Part shown: piece after piece, positions 11,763 to 24,751 of the stretch
Layout: every line of letters starts with the position of its first letter
Position numbering within the stretch: the stretch's first letter is position 1
Origin: Diadema antillarum
Lineage: Eukaryota
Length of the DNA: 64,000 bases
NCBI RefSeq assembly: GCF_040938485.1
Contig: NW_027271466.1
Location: 1,426,001-1,490,000, forward strand
Direction of reading: 5' to 3'
Translations under genes and position numbers: made by a program
The notes under the pieces: generated by a model
Databases searched by the model: none
Seen by the model: the letters and a program-made list of their open reading frames with translations, nothing else
Told to the model about the DNA's origin: nothing

Positions 11763-12731
11763 CCCTATAAAGCCCAAGCTATTTTGACCTCTCGCAGGCC
11801 CAATGTGCCCCCCCCCCCCCGATATAACTTTTTTATTATTTGACGTATCATCGTCATATTTGGCACGTGGGTAGAGCACAGAAGAGTTCTGTGGGGTAGA
11901 GTAACTCATACTCTACATGACCGTACATTTGAATTTTCACAAGGTCACCCATGGAGGGCGCTATTTACAAAAATATAAAGAAATACATAGGAAATATGCT
12001 AAAAGCATGGTTTTTTGGTATGATTTCTTTATCCCCATTATATGTCTTATTATAGACCAATTATTTTCATATTTGTCACAAATGATAAGCAAGTAGAATT
12101 TTATTATTTGTTATGTTTGAAATTTCTCAAGGTCACCACATGGGGGCGCTATTCATATCAACATAGTGATACATTATAAGACCTGAGATGAAATGTTTGG
12201 GATGGGTACATGTATAGTTATGACATTTCATATTTGCATAATACTGAGATTGCAAATTGATAATATGATAAACTGATGATATTAGAGGCATAACTTGGGT
12301 GAAGGAATCAAAATAACTCAAAATATAATATTATTGTTTTCAATTATCTCTATTATATCTGTTGTTTTATGCCTTTGTCACATAAAAACAAAGGAAATAA
12401 TAAGAAAAACTTTCCAGGACCATAATTACTTCAAATTTTGCTTTTTCAACAAATTTCAGCCAAGAAACACCCATTTCATACACTGTAATGCTGTTAAATG
12501 AAATGGGAACAGAAAAAAGATACAAAATCTGACTGACATGGTTGTCAGTTTATGGTTGCCATGGCAACCAGCAACATCAAATATAGCTAAATTATATATC
12601 AAAATGTTCGCAATAAGATTTTAGGAAAAGTCACCAAATTTGGTTGAAATCGGATTAAGGACGAAGGAGTGGCAAACGAAAATCTGGTAGGGGGCACAAT
12701 GTGCCCCCCCCCCCCCTTGGGCTTTATAGGG
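11763..12731. mobile_element. piggyBac-like non-autonomous element (969 bp)
   Basis: TTAA|CCCTATAAAGCCCAAG ... CTTGGGCTTTATAGGG|TTAA: perfect 16-bp TIR, CCC/GGG ends, TTAA TSD. Confidence 0.85.
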
Positions 12732-12808
12732 TTAAACACAAAACAGTATGTATATATATATATTTTTTTTTTTTTGCTCAAAGTTTTCGCTATTTATTAT
12801 TACAATTG

Positions 12809-12854
<46 letters not shown>

Positions 12855-13224
12855 GATATAATATAATAAAAAGTATGAAATATCATAGGGATCGGTTAGG
12901 GACGGGGGGGTCAAGAATAGTTGTGTTATGAATTGCGATCAAGAAACGTGATCTAAGGCTGAGTGTGTTATCGATTTAGTCTGGGTGTCAAGCAGACGAC
13001 GCAGTGAGATTTAATTTTGAAATTCGACGTATGAATATGATTCCACAAGAAATGCAAGGGAGTGGACAGGCTGAGGAAATGTACACATGACATTTTAAAA
13101 CTCAAGGAAAATCGATCATAGAATGATAAATGTGACCCGCCAATTGAATTTGAGAAGGATCGAGAGCCTGTGTGCAGATGAACGTGCATTAGTTTTAGTG
13201 TGTATTATATGAGATTCTTATACA

Positions 13225-13310
13225 GAATCTCTGTGTGTGTGCTTCGTGTGTGTGCGTGAGTGTGTGTGTGTACGTGTGTGTGTACGTGTGTGTATTTGTG
13301 TGTGTGTTCT
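13225..13310. repeat. (GT)n microsatellite
   Basis: Interrupted GT run; a second pure run lies at 13822-13862. Confidence 0.85.
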
Positions 13311-13819
13311 CATAATTTGCGTCGGTTTGCTTTTTGGCACATTATATTGGTAGACCACAATGTCTGTTCCACGGACGTATTGAGATGTCGTAGGGAGAAG
13401 ATAAAAAAAGCACTCATTTAAATGACAACTGATTGAATCTGAGAGTTAAATGTCGGTTCATTTACACTAATTTCTCATTAGTTAATGATGTCAGTACTTC
13501 AACTCATAAACTGAATATGTTTTTGCAACGGGAGGTCATCTTGCGGAAAGGAAACACACATTTTGTTTTACCCCGAGGGTTTGACATGGAGCTATCGAGG
13601 TAGGTTGTAACTCCCGAGACGAGGATGAGGGCCTATATATAAACCTTCTCGAAATGAATGTTATTATATGAATTCAATTGATCTTAAAATGACAGAGGTG
13701 AATTATTCATAAGTTTCGTGTGATCGGACACACCGGAAAGCAGAGATTAACAGTAATCTGTTCGTAAAACTGGACAAAATTAGCGAACAAATCGTCATGG
13801 CTTTTCTCATATTTCTGTT

Positions 13820-13866
<47 letters not shown>

Positions 13867-14402
13867 TGTTTGGTTGTTTTTAGGTGTTTTTCTATCTGAT
13901 GTTGAAAAACTGTGTAGTTCTTATAGCGATGAAGTCTTATGTATAAGTTTTCTGTCTGTCATAACTTTGTCCGTCTGTCTGTCGGTCTCTCAGTCTATTG
14001 TGAAATCTATCATCTTGGTGCAGTGACATAGTTTTATTACCAATCTAGTCTTTACTACAAAAGTATTGAAATCAACGCGTAATGCAGTCTCTGGACGATA
14101 TTTTACAAAAAGAAAGAAGAAATTACTGTTTCAATGAATATAAAATTTATTGATAACACCAACAATGCATTCAACGCATTTGTCCCCATATAAGAGGAAA
14201 GTTCGTCCTGCAGGGTTGGTATGCCATATCGTGCTATTCTAAAGTGCAGTCATCACTAAACTCACAATTTGCGTTGCCATTGCTGTCTCAGCTTCCAACT
14301 GATGTACATAATCATCGGAGCTTGATTGAACAAAGCCTGCGCCATTTGATTGCAATTACGGGCCCATTTATTTCTGGAGTATGATGTCATCAACATGATT
14401 AT

Positions 14403-17400
14403 TAGTCCAAGAGTATTAGTTTTAACCTGGACATTTTTGGTAACAAGCTGATTTTTTCAGGATAGGTCCAGAAAAATGTCTACAATAACATACTAAAAGT
14501 CCTCATAAATCCTCTTTGAGCGTTTTCCGCAATCCAAGATGGCCGCCAAAATGGCCGCCATTTCCAGAAATTCTTATATCTTTTCAACCAGAGAACCCAA
14601 ATACAAAATTTAAATGTCTAGATATATGTTTTGAAGCATGAAGAACTCAATAAAACACATATTAAGAGATGTTGATGCACGCAAGTACCGTAATCCAAGA
14701 TGGCGTCCAAAATGGCCGCCATATTTCCTGAAATTCTTATAACTTTTAAGCCAGGTAACCTAAAATCAAAATTTAAATGTCTAAATATATGTTTTGAAGG
14801 ATGAAGAACTCAATAAAATACATATCAAGAGTTGTTGAAGCACACAAGTACCGTAATTCAAGATGGCGTCCTAAATGGACGCCATTTCCTGATTTTTTTC
14901 TCATAATTTTGCAAGTAGATTTCAACTGTACACACTTGGAATGTCGAAACACATACGTTTTGAGTCACAAGAAACCAAATATAATACTTATTCAGAGATG
15001 TTGAAACACAAATAAAGCACTTAAGCACTTTCAGAAAGCCAAAATGGTATTCAAAATGACTGCCATTTCCTGTTTTTCTCATAACCCTGAAACTAGGTAA
15101 CCGTGATACGCACTTAAATGTATGAATTATATATTTTGAGACATAAGGAACCCAACGCACGTAAGAACAAAAAAACAAAAACAAACAAACAAACATGTGA
15201 GTTTTTCGCAAAAACCAAATGTTGCCCAAAATGGCCGCCGTTTCTATATCAAAAATCGCTCGGCCCCTTTCCACAGACTTTGTACACTTTTGAGATTAAC
15301 AAATTTCCAAATATGTCATCAAAAAGTGTGCACTAGATCTTTCACTAATACAAAATGAAAAGGTTAGTTCCCTCATATTGAAGGGTAATTTGCCCTTTAT
15401 AATCCTTCCAGCGCTCACTTACCCCAATATAAATTAAATACCCCTTTAACAACTCCCAAATATTCCATCAAATGTGTGCAAATGATATGTTTATTTTCAT
15501 TTCTATTCAAGTTTAAAAGCTCCCTCGTGCTGGAGGGGATGGGGATACTGAGACTATATACTCTTTGAGGAAGGACAATCAATATCACGCCAAAGGTATA
15601 ACACTAGGCCGGCTATTTTAAATGACGATCATAGAAATACAAAACTCCCTCCAGTCGAAAGTGATGCCCCCCCCCCCCTCCCCGCCCACATCCTCTACTA
15701 GCTCATTACCTTGAATATACTATAGTCTTTATTCTACTTACACTTTTTAATAGAAACAAAAATATAGTATTTCATCAACAGTATGCACCATAAAACCCGT
15801 AACCTGAAAGAAAAAAAAATCTCCATTTTGTGGAAGGGCTCATCACCTCATACACCTCCCCCGCATATTTCCATAAATATATATTTTCTTACTTTTAGGA
15901 CAAACCCAAATTTCAGATATTTCAGAACCAAAGGGTGCGCTAAATCTCTGAATTTCAAATTGGAAAATGCCAAAATCGCCATCGTATGGGAAGGAGTATT
16001 CTTTTCACATACTTTCCCCTCCCCGACACTTTCCTGAATATATATTTTTCCTAACGTTTTCAAATAGAAAACAAATATCGGATATTTCACCAAAATGGGT
16101 GCAACAGATCTGTGAATTTCTAGTCTGAAAATACGAAATTTTCCCTCGTGTGGGAGCAGGCAACCCTATGACCGCATTTCCATGATTATATATCTTTTTG
16201 TTACTTTTTTGATGGAAACAAAAATCTAATATTTTACCAATAGGGTGCATCAGATGTCTGAATATCAAGTCTGAAAATGCAAAATCTCCATCATGTTGGG
16301 GGGAGGGGAAAGGGATCCCCCTTCCACACCCTCCCATATATTGCCCATTTCCCTGAATACTACTTTAAACATTAATTTCTTACTCTTCGATGGAAATAAT
16401 TCAATATCTAACGTTTGCACTATATGTTTCACTTTCGAGTAAAAAAAAAAGAGAGAGATTCCTCGTGTGGGAGAGGAGTATCCCTCCTCCACATACCAAT
16501 AACTATGAGTGCCATATTCTCTGATTTCTATCTATTTCATAATTTTACCTAATCTACACGAAATGAATAAGATAATTTAGACATTATATGTTTAGGTGGA
16601 GCAATATACTGCACCAAAGAAATTCACTGTCATGTGATGAATTACACATTATTTTGTAGCACATGTGGATACTAATTTTGAACATTTCGCAAACATTTAT
16701 GTAGCACAGATATAAAAAAGAATTGTCTTTACTTCTCAAGTGATAAGTGACATTTTCATTTAGAACTTACTTCATGGTAGACATCAAATGTATTGGTAAT
16801 AAAAAGGGGCTAGCACTAAATTTTCATCTCATGTGCTTGAGGTGACGAAAATGTACAGTGTTGGGGCGATCGTTAACGGGCTGTAACCTGGATGAAAGGC
16901 AATTAAGAATTTCTGAAAATGGCGGCCATTTTGAACGCCACATTGGATTACAGTACTTGTGCGCGTCAACATCTCTTCATCCTTGAGTTCTTCATCCTTC
17001 AAAACATATATTTAGACATTTAAGTTTTGTATTTGGGTTACCTGGCTGAAAAGCTATAAGAATTTCAGAAAATGGCGGCCATTTTGGCGGCCATTTTGGA
17101 CGCCATCTTGGATTTCGGTACTTACGTGCATCAACATGTCTTGATATGTGTTTTATTGGGTTCTTCATGCTTCAAAACATATATTTAGACATTAAAATTT
17201 TGTTTTTGGGTTCTCTAGTTGAAAAGTTATAAGAATTTCTGGAAATGGCGGCCATTTTGGACGCCATCTTGGATTGCGGAAAACGCTCAAAGAGGATTTA
17301 TGAGGACTTTTAGTATGTTATTCTAGACATTTTTCTGGATCTATCCTGAAAAAAGCAGCTTGTTACCAAAAATGTCCAGGTTAAGGCCTTTTTTGACCTA

Positions 17401-17414
17401 ATGCTCTTGGACTG
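14403..17414. mobile_element. Foldback-type element (about 3.0 kb) with long modular TIRs of ~160-180-bp tandem units
   Basis: The left arm (T/C)AGTCCAAGAG.ATTAG...TTAACCTGGACATTTTTGG matches the reverse complement of 16905-17414 closely (few substitutions, one ~11-bp indel). Units marked by CAAGATGGC..CCAAAATGGCCGCCAT at ~14536, 14697, 14859, 15041 and 15228, mirrored at ~16915, 17070 and 17245. The right end is followed by TA. No transposase ORF seen. Confidence 0.85.
15800..16500 (+). repeat. Degenerate ~150-165-bp tandem units in the interior of the 3-kb element
   Basis: Recurrent CCAA.(A)GGGTGC...AGAT.T.TGAAT.TC.A.T.TGAAAAT.C.AAAT...TC.T.TGGG at ~15928, 16090 and 16237, with remnants at ~15810 and 16455. 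Confidence 0.65.
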
Positions 17415-19202
17415 TATGTATACAGCCATGCTGCAATTAATCTCAATTTTGAAAAGTGAGTGTGCAGACGTTTTGCTCATTTTTTTTTCATTATTACTAT
17501 TTTTGCTTTGCTATATGGGACCTTCTTTTCCTCTGCTATTATTGTTGCATTTATTTTGTTTCACATAACCCAATTTATGAACGCATGTGTCCTTCAATAT
17601 CATTTAGTATGCAAATATTCATAAATTCATTTTTATCCCATAATATATATAGTTATCTGTATAATGATTATTCTGTAGACCTGTATATTGCATTTCATGA
17701 TCTGTATTTTTTTTTCAAATTGCTTAATGACATAAATTGACAAATTTATACTTTGTGTGTGAGATGCAGAAATATGAAGGACCAGCAAAAGTATATCACC
17801 CGGTACTTGGAGGAGAAAAAAAAAGGAAAAAGAAATTTAACGCTTCCACGCTTACCTCCTTCTTCTCTTTCTTCTTTAAAAATTACTAAGAGAGCTGTCT
17901 CGTGTCTGTTTATGTGTCTGTCTGTATGTAAGTCTTTTACGTCTTTCTTTGCTTTTCTAAATCAATTTGCCTTATTTTGTCGTTTTTGTAATGATATATT
18001 TTTGTGTAGGGAATGCAAACTACAAGCCCTGTTTTTAATGTCATTTGCAGCCCCCTCCATTTCCAGCAACTTTCTTGCGGTATTTGTCACGAAATTTACA
18101 ACATTGATATCTCAGTTCACAGTTTGTTCTTCACCACGTTCATTGATATTGTACGATTATGTGTATTCAAATGTTATCATTATATTTTAGGAAATGAAAT
18201 AAACGAAACAAAACGAAACGATAGTTAACGAAGACACGATGAAGGGAGATGACGTACATAAAAATGATAGGAGAGCTAAGGTGAATTTGAATTGAGAAGG
18301 ATAAAAAAGACACCTAAAAGGCAGACAATAATGCTCTCAGGTTCAGAGATGTCTAAAAGGATATGACAGACTGAGCCACTGTTTATAGGCTTTGATATCA
18401 AATCTTCTTAACTCATTTTTCTTCGTAAATCATTTTATACTTCTACCGCTTCCTTCCCTTCCCTAACTTTAACTCAGACTCTCTCTCTCTCTCCGTCTGT
18501 CTCTCTCTCTCTCTCCCATTTTTTTCTTTTCTTTCTCTCACACTCTTTCTGTCAAAAATGATAAACAATTAAATGCATACACAAGGTTATTTTATCAGCA
18601 TTGATCAGACAAGAGGATCAGCAGTAGACCTATTACACACTGGTGACGCCTCTGTAACCCTCCAAGTTCAATTCTGAATTGAAATATTTGTAGTAGGTCC
18701 CTACTGTATAAACGCAGGGATCGATAAATACTAAATGAAATAAATGAGAATAAAGCATATAGGCCTATATACGTACATGAACCGGTATATACATCATCTT
18801 ACGTACGCATCTTTAGGCCTACATAATTGAGTGTGCGTCTGCATTCATGTGTGTTTATGATGTAGATATGGATATGCATAGACATGTATGTTCGCTTTTC
18901 ATTTATTTGTTTACGTGTATAATCCATGCACACACTCCCTTTAAACACAATCCCAGGATATTGCAATAGCCTCAGCATGTTGGGCCTTGCTCGAGGAAGG
19001 GAGGGGGACGCGATGTAACATGATCTCGAAATGTTGTAAATCCAATTTGATTTCGAGCCGCAATTTCGGAAGATTTACCGTCTGGCTCGCCCCTGAAACG
19101 CATTGATCTATTATTCAGAAAGGCGAAGACATTGCCCTAATACACAAAACGGCAGACAACGGTATCGAGGCAGGCTACCCGCGACCACAGCTCGATGGAC
19201 AG

Positions 19203-19245
19203 ATATACGGACAGAAAGACAGACAGACAGACAGACAGACAGACG
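19203..19245. repeat. (GACA)n microsatellite
   Basis: GACA tetranucleotide run. Confidence 0.85.
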
Positions 19246-20470
19246 CACGAAGTTGAAGAATTAATTACACCAAATGCAGATATTATTTCAAAGATCCTAA
19301 GAGCGATTCAAAATTAGCATCAGCATAATTGTTTAGATATAAGTAATTTGACATGTTATATGGCTCTGACATAATCACTATTAACAAACGATGAATCCGC
19401 GCTCTCAAGATCAGATTCAAGAACCCCTGTTCAAACAACACCCTCTTTTGTAACGTCTTTTCCAACTTTAATTTGCCGAACTTTTTTCGAGGCCTTCCTT
19501 TTTTCCCCAATAGATCATCCACCTTAAGGTGATACCAACAAAGTGGATTGATTAAACATCACTTTTGACCCATTGTTTTATGTATTTTTTTTTTGTTCGT
19601 CACTTTATGAATACTTCTCATTTCATTTAATTTATTTTATGTTATTTCATGTTGCACATCCACCAGAAAATATACACAACACACAGCGTGATGCAACAAC
19701 CCTTTCTCCTTCTATACGGTATAAGATAAGCTGGCTTGGAAATTCACATTGCATATACCTATCATTCAAAGTGTATCTTATTTAACTGTTTTTTTATTCA
19801 TCGATCTATAAGCAACAGCAATGATTTGCGATCTATGCGTTATAATTAGAGTAAACTTTAAAATTGGAATGGTCCTCATTATGATGCAGTATAATGCATA
19901 ACGGTGGTATAAATCAAGAAATTACGAGGCAATACAGAGCGTCAGTCACCCGTGATAGTACATTTGCAGTCTCCTCTTCAACTGTATTTCTTATGACGAA
20001 AAAAAAAATTCATCCCATCTGCAGTATCATATTAACGTCTGCCTAGGCCCTATCATCTAGGCAAAATGAAACTGCCTATAAAACGTGTTCAGCCTTACTA
20101 ATCAATCCGTCATGAATGACGAGTGGGTAAAATAAGCCAGTTTTGCGGGTTGTTAGGTCAACATATTGTGTGTAATAACTTTTGACTGAACGTGCGACAG
20201 CGGCAGAAAATGTGATTAATCCATCAAAGCATTCATAGGACTTTAACTATACACTGTGATCCAGTGTGAGACATGCTTGAAACCTAGAAGTGGGGAAAAA
20301 ACCTAGCTCTTCAACCTCCAACTTAAAAAAGAGTGATGTCAATATCCTATGCATCAAAAATTTCCGTTGGGATGGACGTGAATGAAATGCATAATTACCA
20401 TAAATATAGCTGCACAGAAAAAAAAAAGTTGATTAAACGTGTGCATGTCTAAATTCCTTTTTCCAACCAA

Positions 20471-21625
20471 TAGACCGGGGGCCCAGAGCATTTATTCAGC
20501 TGAAAAGGGTCACACTTTTTGATGGTCTCATCATGTAAGGATGTGGCCAAGGGTCAATAAAATGAATTGCTGGCAAGTCACATCCTGTACCGTAAGCCTA
20601 GGGACCACAAAAAGGGACCCCGAAAAATGGATTTATTCAGCCGAAGGGGGTCACGGACAAAAGTTGGTGGATATTGTTCCTTTGGGTGTACTTATCATGA
20701 AAACAGCAATGCCAGCTATTTTATCCTGTACGGGGCCCCAGACAGTAGCCCCAAAGGGCCCCAGAAATATGGTGTTATTCAGCTGAAAAGGGTCACGGCT
20801 AATTTCTTTTGCAATGGAAGTAGTTCCCATCAGAGATATCCAAAACACCAATGCCAGCTATTTTATCCTGTACGGGGCCCTAGACAGTAGCCCCAAAGGG
20901 CCCCACCCCCCCATAGGCCTACGTATAAACACACACAAACATTGATTTTATTCAATTAAAAAGAGTCAGGGCTAATTTCTTTTGCAATGGAAGGAGTACC
21001 AATCAGAGATATCCAAAACACCAAAGCCAGCTATTTTATCCTGCACGGGGCCCCAGGCAGGAGCCCCAAAGTGCCCCACCCCCTATAAACCCTACGTACA
21101 AACACACACAGTCACACACACATTGACTTTATTCAGCTGATAAGAGTAACGGCTAATTTCATTTGCAATGGAAGTAGTACCCATCAGAGACATACAAAAC
21201 ACCAAAGCCAGTTATTTTGTCCTGTACGGGGCCCTAGACAGTAGCCCCAAAGTGCCCCCCCCCCCAACACACATACTCACACAATAGTTTCATTCACCTG
21301 AAAAAGGGTCACGGCTAATTTCTTTTGCAATGGAATTAGTACCCATCAGAGAAATCCAAAATACCAAAGCCAGTTATTTTATCCTGCATTGGGCCCCAGA
21401 CAGTAGCCCCAGACAGTAGCCCCAAATTGTCCCCTTACCCCCTCCCCCTCCCTCCCCCTCCCCCCTCCCCCCCCCCCCCCACACACATTGATTTTATTCA
21501 GCTGAAAAGGGTCACGGCTACTTTCTTTGCAATCGGAAGTATAGTACTCATCAGAGATATCCAAAGCACTAAAGCCAGTTATGTTATCCTGTACGGGGCC
21601 CCAGACAGTAGCCCCAAAGTGCCCC

Positions 21626-21689
<64 letters not shown>

Positions 21690-24600
21690 TGGTTTCATTC
21701 AGCCGAAAAGGGTCGCGGCTAATTTCTCTTGCAATGGAAGTAGTATCCATCGGATATCAAAATACCAAAGTCAGATATCTTATCCTGCACGGGGTCCCGT
21801 ACAGTAGCTCCAAAGTGTTTTGCTTTATTCTCTTTATTGTGTGCATCTCTTCTTCTTAAATATGCGCTCCTTCGTCTTCATTTTCGCGACAACGACAACG
21901 CGTCCTTCTCATCATCATCAGTTTTGCTGTTCTGGCAAACATTTTCCAGCGTATCGGCTACGTTCGATTTTAGAGCGGCGAGAGCGGAAGACGTGCATAA
22001 TTGAGTCTGGGAAAGCGTAGGAACAGCGTAGCTAAAGCGGCCAACAGCGTTATCGAAGCAGGAATGAAGCGTCGTAGGAACAGGCCTTGATTTTATACGA
22101 GAGTAGAGAACTTAGTGAGAGCGTCGTTAAAGCGGGAAGGTCGTGCTTTGATCAAGAAAGCGGCGCAGCAGCGGGACCATGTCGTCGGTGTCTAGTGTAG
22201 ACTATATTTCCCGTTGTTGTGCCGCTGTTACTACGGTCAGAAAAACCTGGAGTTGTTACGCTCATCCCGCGGTATTTAAACTGTCACTGCTCTCTCCCCG
22301 TTTGAGCTACGATTCAAAATAGGTCAATCTTGATGGGGAGATGAGGAAGAAATTTTGAACCAGTTCAAAATTTCTTCCCGATCTGTAAAATTGCCAGATC
22401 CAACCCCATCACCCAAACGCTGCTGCTACGATGCTCCCGGTCCCCGTACACTTTTGCCGCTCTCTCCCGATCTGACAGAATGAATAGATCGGGATGCAGA
22501 TCTTGATAGTGGAATTACTTGTGGGGACACTTTAGGAACACTCCGTGGGGCCCCGTACAGCTAAATAACTGGTTTCGGTGTTTTTGATACCTCCTTGAGT
22601 ACTACTTCCATTGCAAAAGAAATTATAGCAATGATTCATTTCACTTAGAATAAAATAATACGGGAGCACTTTCCAGCTACTGGCTGAGGGCCCCTTAACT
22701 GGATGGGTTTGTGTTTTACGTATCTCAGCTTTTAATTCCACTGCCAAGGAAAATAGGCATACAAGACTGTTTTCACCTAAAAACAATTAATTCATATGGG
22801 GTGGGAATACCTTGGGGCTATACCTGTCAAGGGCCCTGCATCCGGGCCAATATCGCACCTCTTTTAATCGAATTCTTTAATGTTGAATTAAATTTAGCAA
22901 AAATTTCGCCTAGATGACATGGTAGTTCAATGTCATATTAATCTCTTCATTCAAATTTATTTTGAAACATTCACATTACCTCTAACCTTATTCTAAATAA
23001 CACTTTTTTCAACTGAAATCCATATATAAGACAAGTACCATTCCACTATCCTTTCATTCATAAATTCATAATGATATAGTCACGTGATTGCATGCTGCGC
23101 TCGTTCATTCAAATTGATTTCTGCCCATCTAATTTAACATGTTCTGCAGTCAATTAAACAGATATGTTCATGCTTGGCCTCTTTCCTTATTTTCTTTCGT
23201 CGTAGTTATTATTTTGTAAGCATCATAGCATTTCATGTTTTCGTATTCGTTTAAGAGACTTTGACACCATTTTTTAACGTGCTTTTTGAATCCAAAGAAG
23301 TAAGAAGCCACAAATTATCTGGCCGTTACGAGCGCTTTATTACGAGCGGTCGGCCAGTTACAAGAAGTCAAGGTTATGATCCTCAAATGTTTTTTTTTTA
23401 AATAATTCTTTCTATGTCTTCTAGAGATATACGTCTGTATATATTGTGCTGTCATTACTATAAAAAAATGAAGTTAAGCTGCATTACTGGTACACGTATA
23501 GGCCTATAATGACATGTATATGAAAGAGAAGGAGCGTTACCAATCTGGTTACAGAACAACCAAATCCAGTTATACTAGATAAGAAATATGACACTTTTAC
23601 TGCTTTATAACAGTGATTTATAGATGAAACGAAAACACACATAGAAAGACATGTTAAAAAGATCTGAAACAAAGAAATAGCATGATTTGAATTTGAATGA
23701 ACACGTTTGGAATTTGACTGTCTTTTGCGAAATTTAATGACTGAAATACACTTTTCGGCAAGTCAAGGCGAATTTGAATGAACGTAGGGTACCAGCCAAT
23801 TTGAATACCCATTTTACGAATTCGAACCTTCTCTCAAAATTAATGAACCAACAAAAGTGCGAAATTGGCTGGGAAAACCTAACTGGCTTTGATGTTTTGG
23901 GTATCTATGATGTAAACTAAGGCCTACTTCGATTGTAAAAGAAAAACAACTATGACTCTTTTCAGCTAAATGATGTCATAATAATTATGTGGGGGAGGGG
24001 CACTTTATGGCTACTGTAACCTGGGCCCAGTACAAGATGAAATGACTGGTTTTCGTAATATGGTCATCTTGGTTGTGCACTATACAGAAGTATGCTTCCT
24101 TTGCAAATTTCTTGAGTGTTTTGCTACTGTAACCTATGGGACCCCGTATACAGGATAAGATGACTTGCTTTAGTGTTTGTGATATCTCTGTTCAGTAGGC
24201 CCTGATATTAACGTTACAAAAGAATTTGTAAGATCATTTTCAGCTGATTCACAGTACATGTATAATGGATGGGACACTGTGGAGCTACTGTCTAGGGCTC
24301 TGTGCAGGATGAAATAACTAGCCTTGGTGTGTTGAATATCTCTGATAGGTACTTCTTCCAGTGCAAAAGAAATTACCCGTGTTTGGGGCTATACTGTGCG
24401 GGGCCCCATACAGGATAAAATAACTGGCTTTGGTATTTTGGATATCTCTGATGGGTACTACTTCCATTGCAAAAGAAATTAGCCGTGACCCTTTTCAGCT
24501 GAATGAAACTAGTATGTGCGTGTGTGGGTGTGTGTATGTGGAGAGGGGGGGGGGGGGGGGCACTTTGGGGCTACTGTCTGGGGCTCCGTTCAGGATAAAA

Positions 24601-24703
24601 TAACTGGCTTTGGTGCTTTGGATATCTCTGATGGGTATACTTCCATTGCAAAAGAAATTAGCCGTGACCCATTTTGGCTGAATGAAACTAATGTGTGTGT
24701 GTG

Positions 24704-24751
<48 letters not shown>

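Noticed and set aside
19283-19522. Minus-strand 79-aa ORF (DDLLGKKGRPRKKF...) as possible exon 2 of the MSEVE candidate
   Set aside because: Phase-compatible, but the acceptor lacks a pyrimidine tract, the composition is AT-rich and no domain was recognised.
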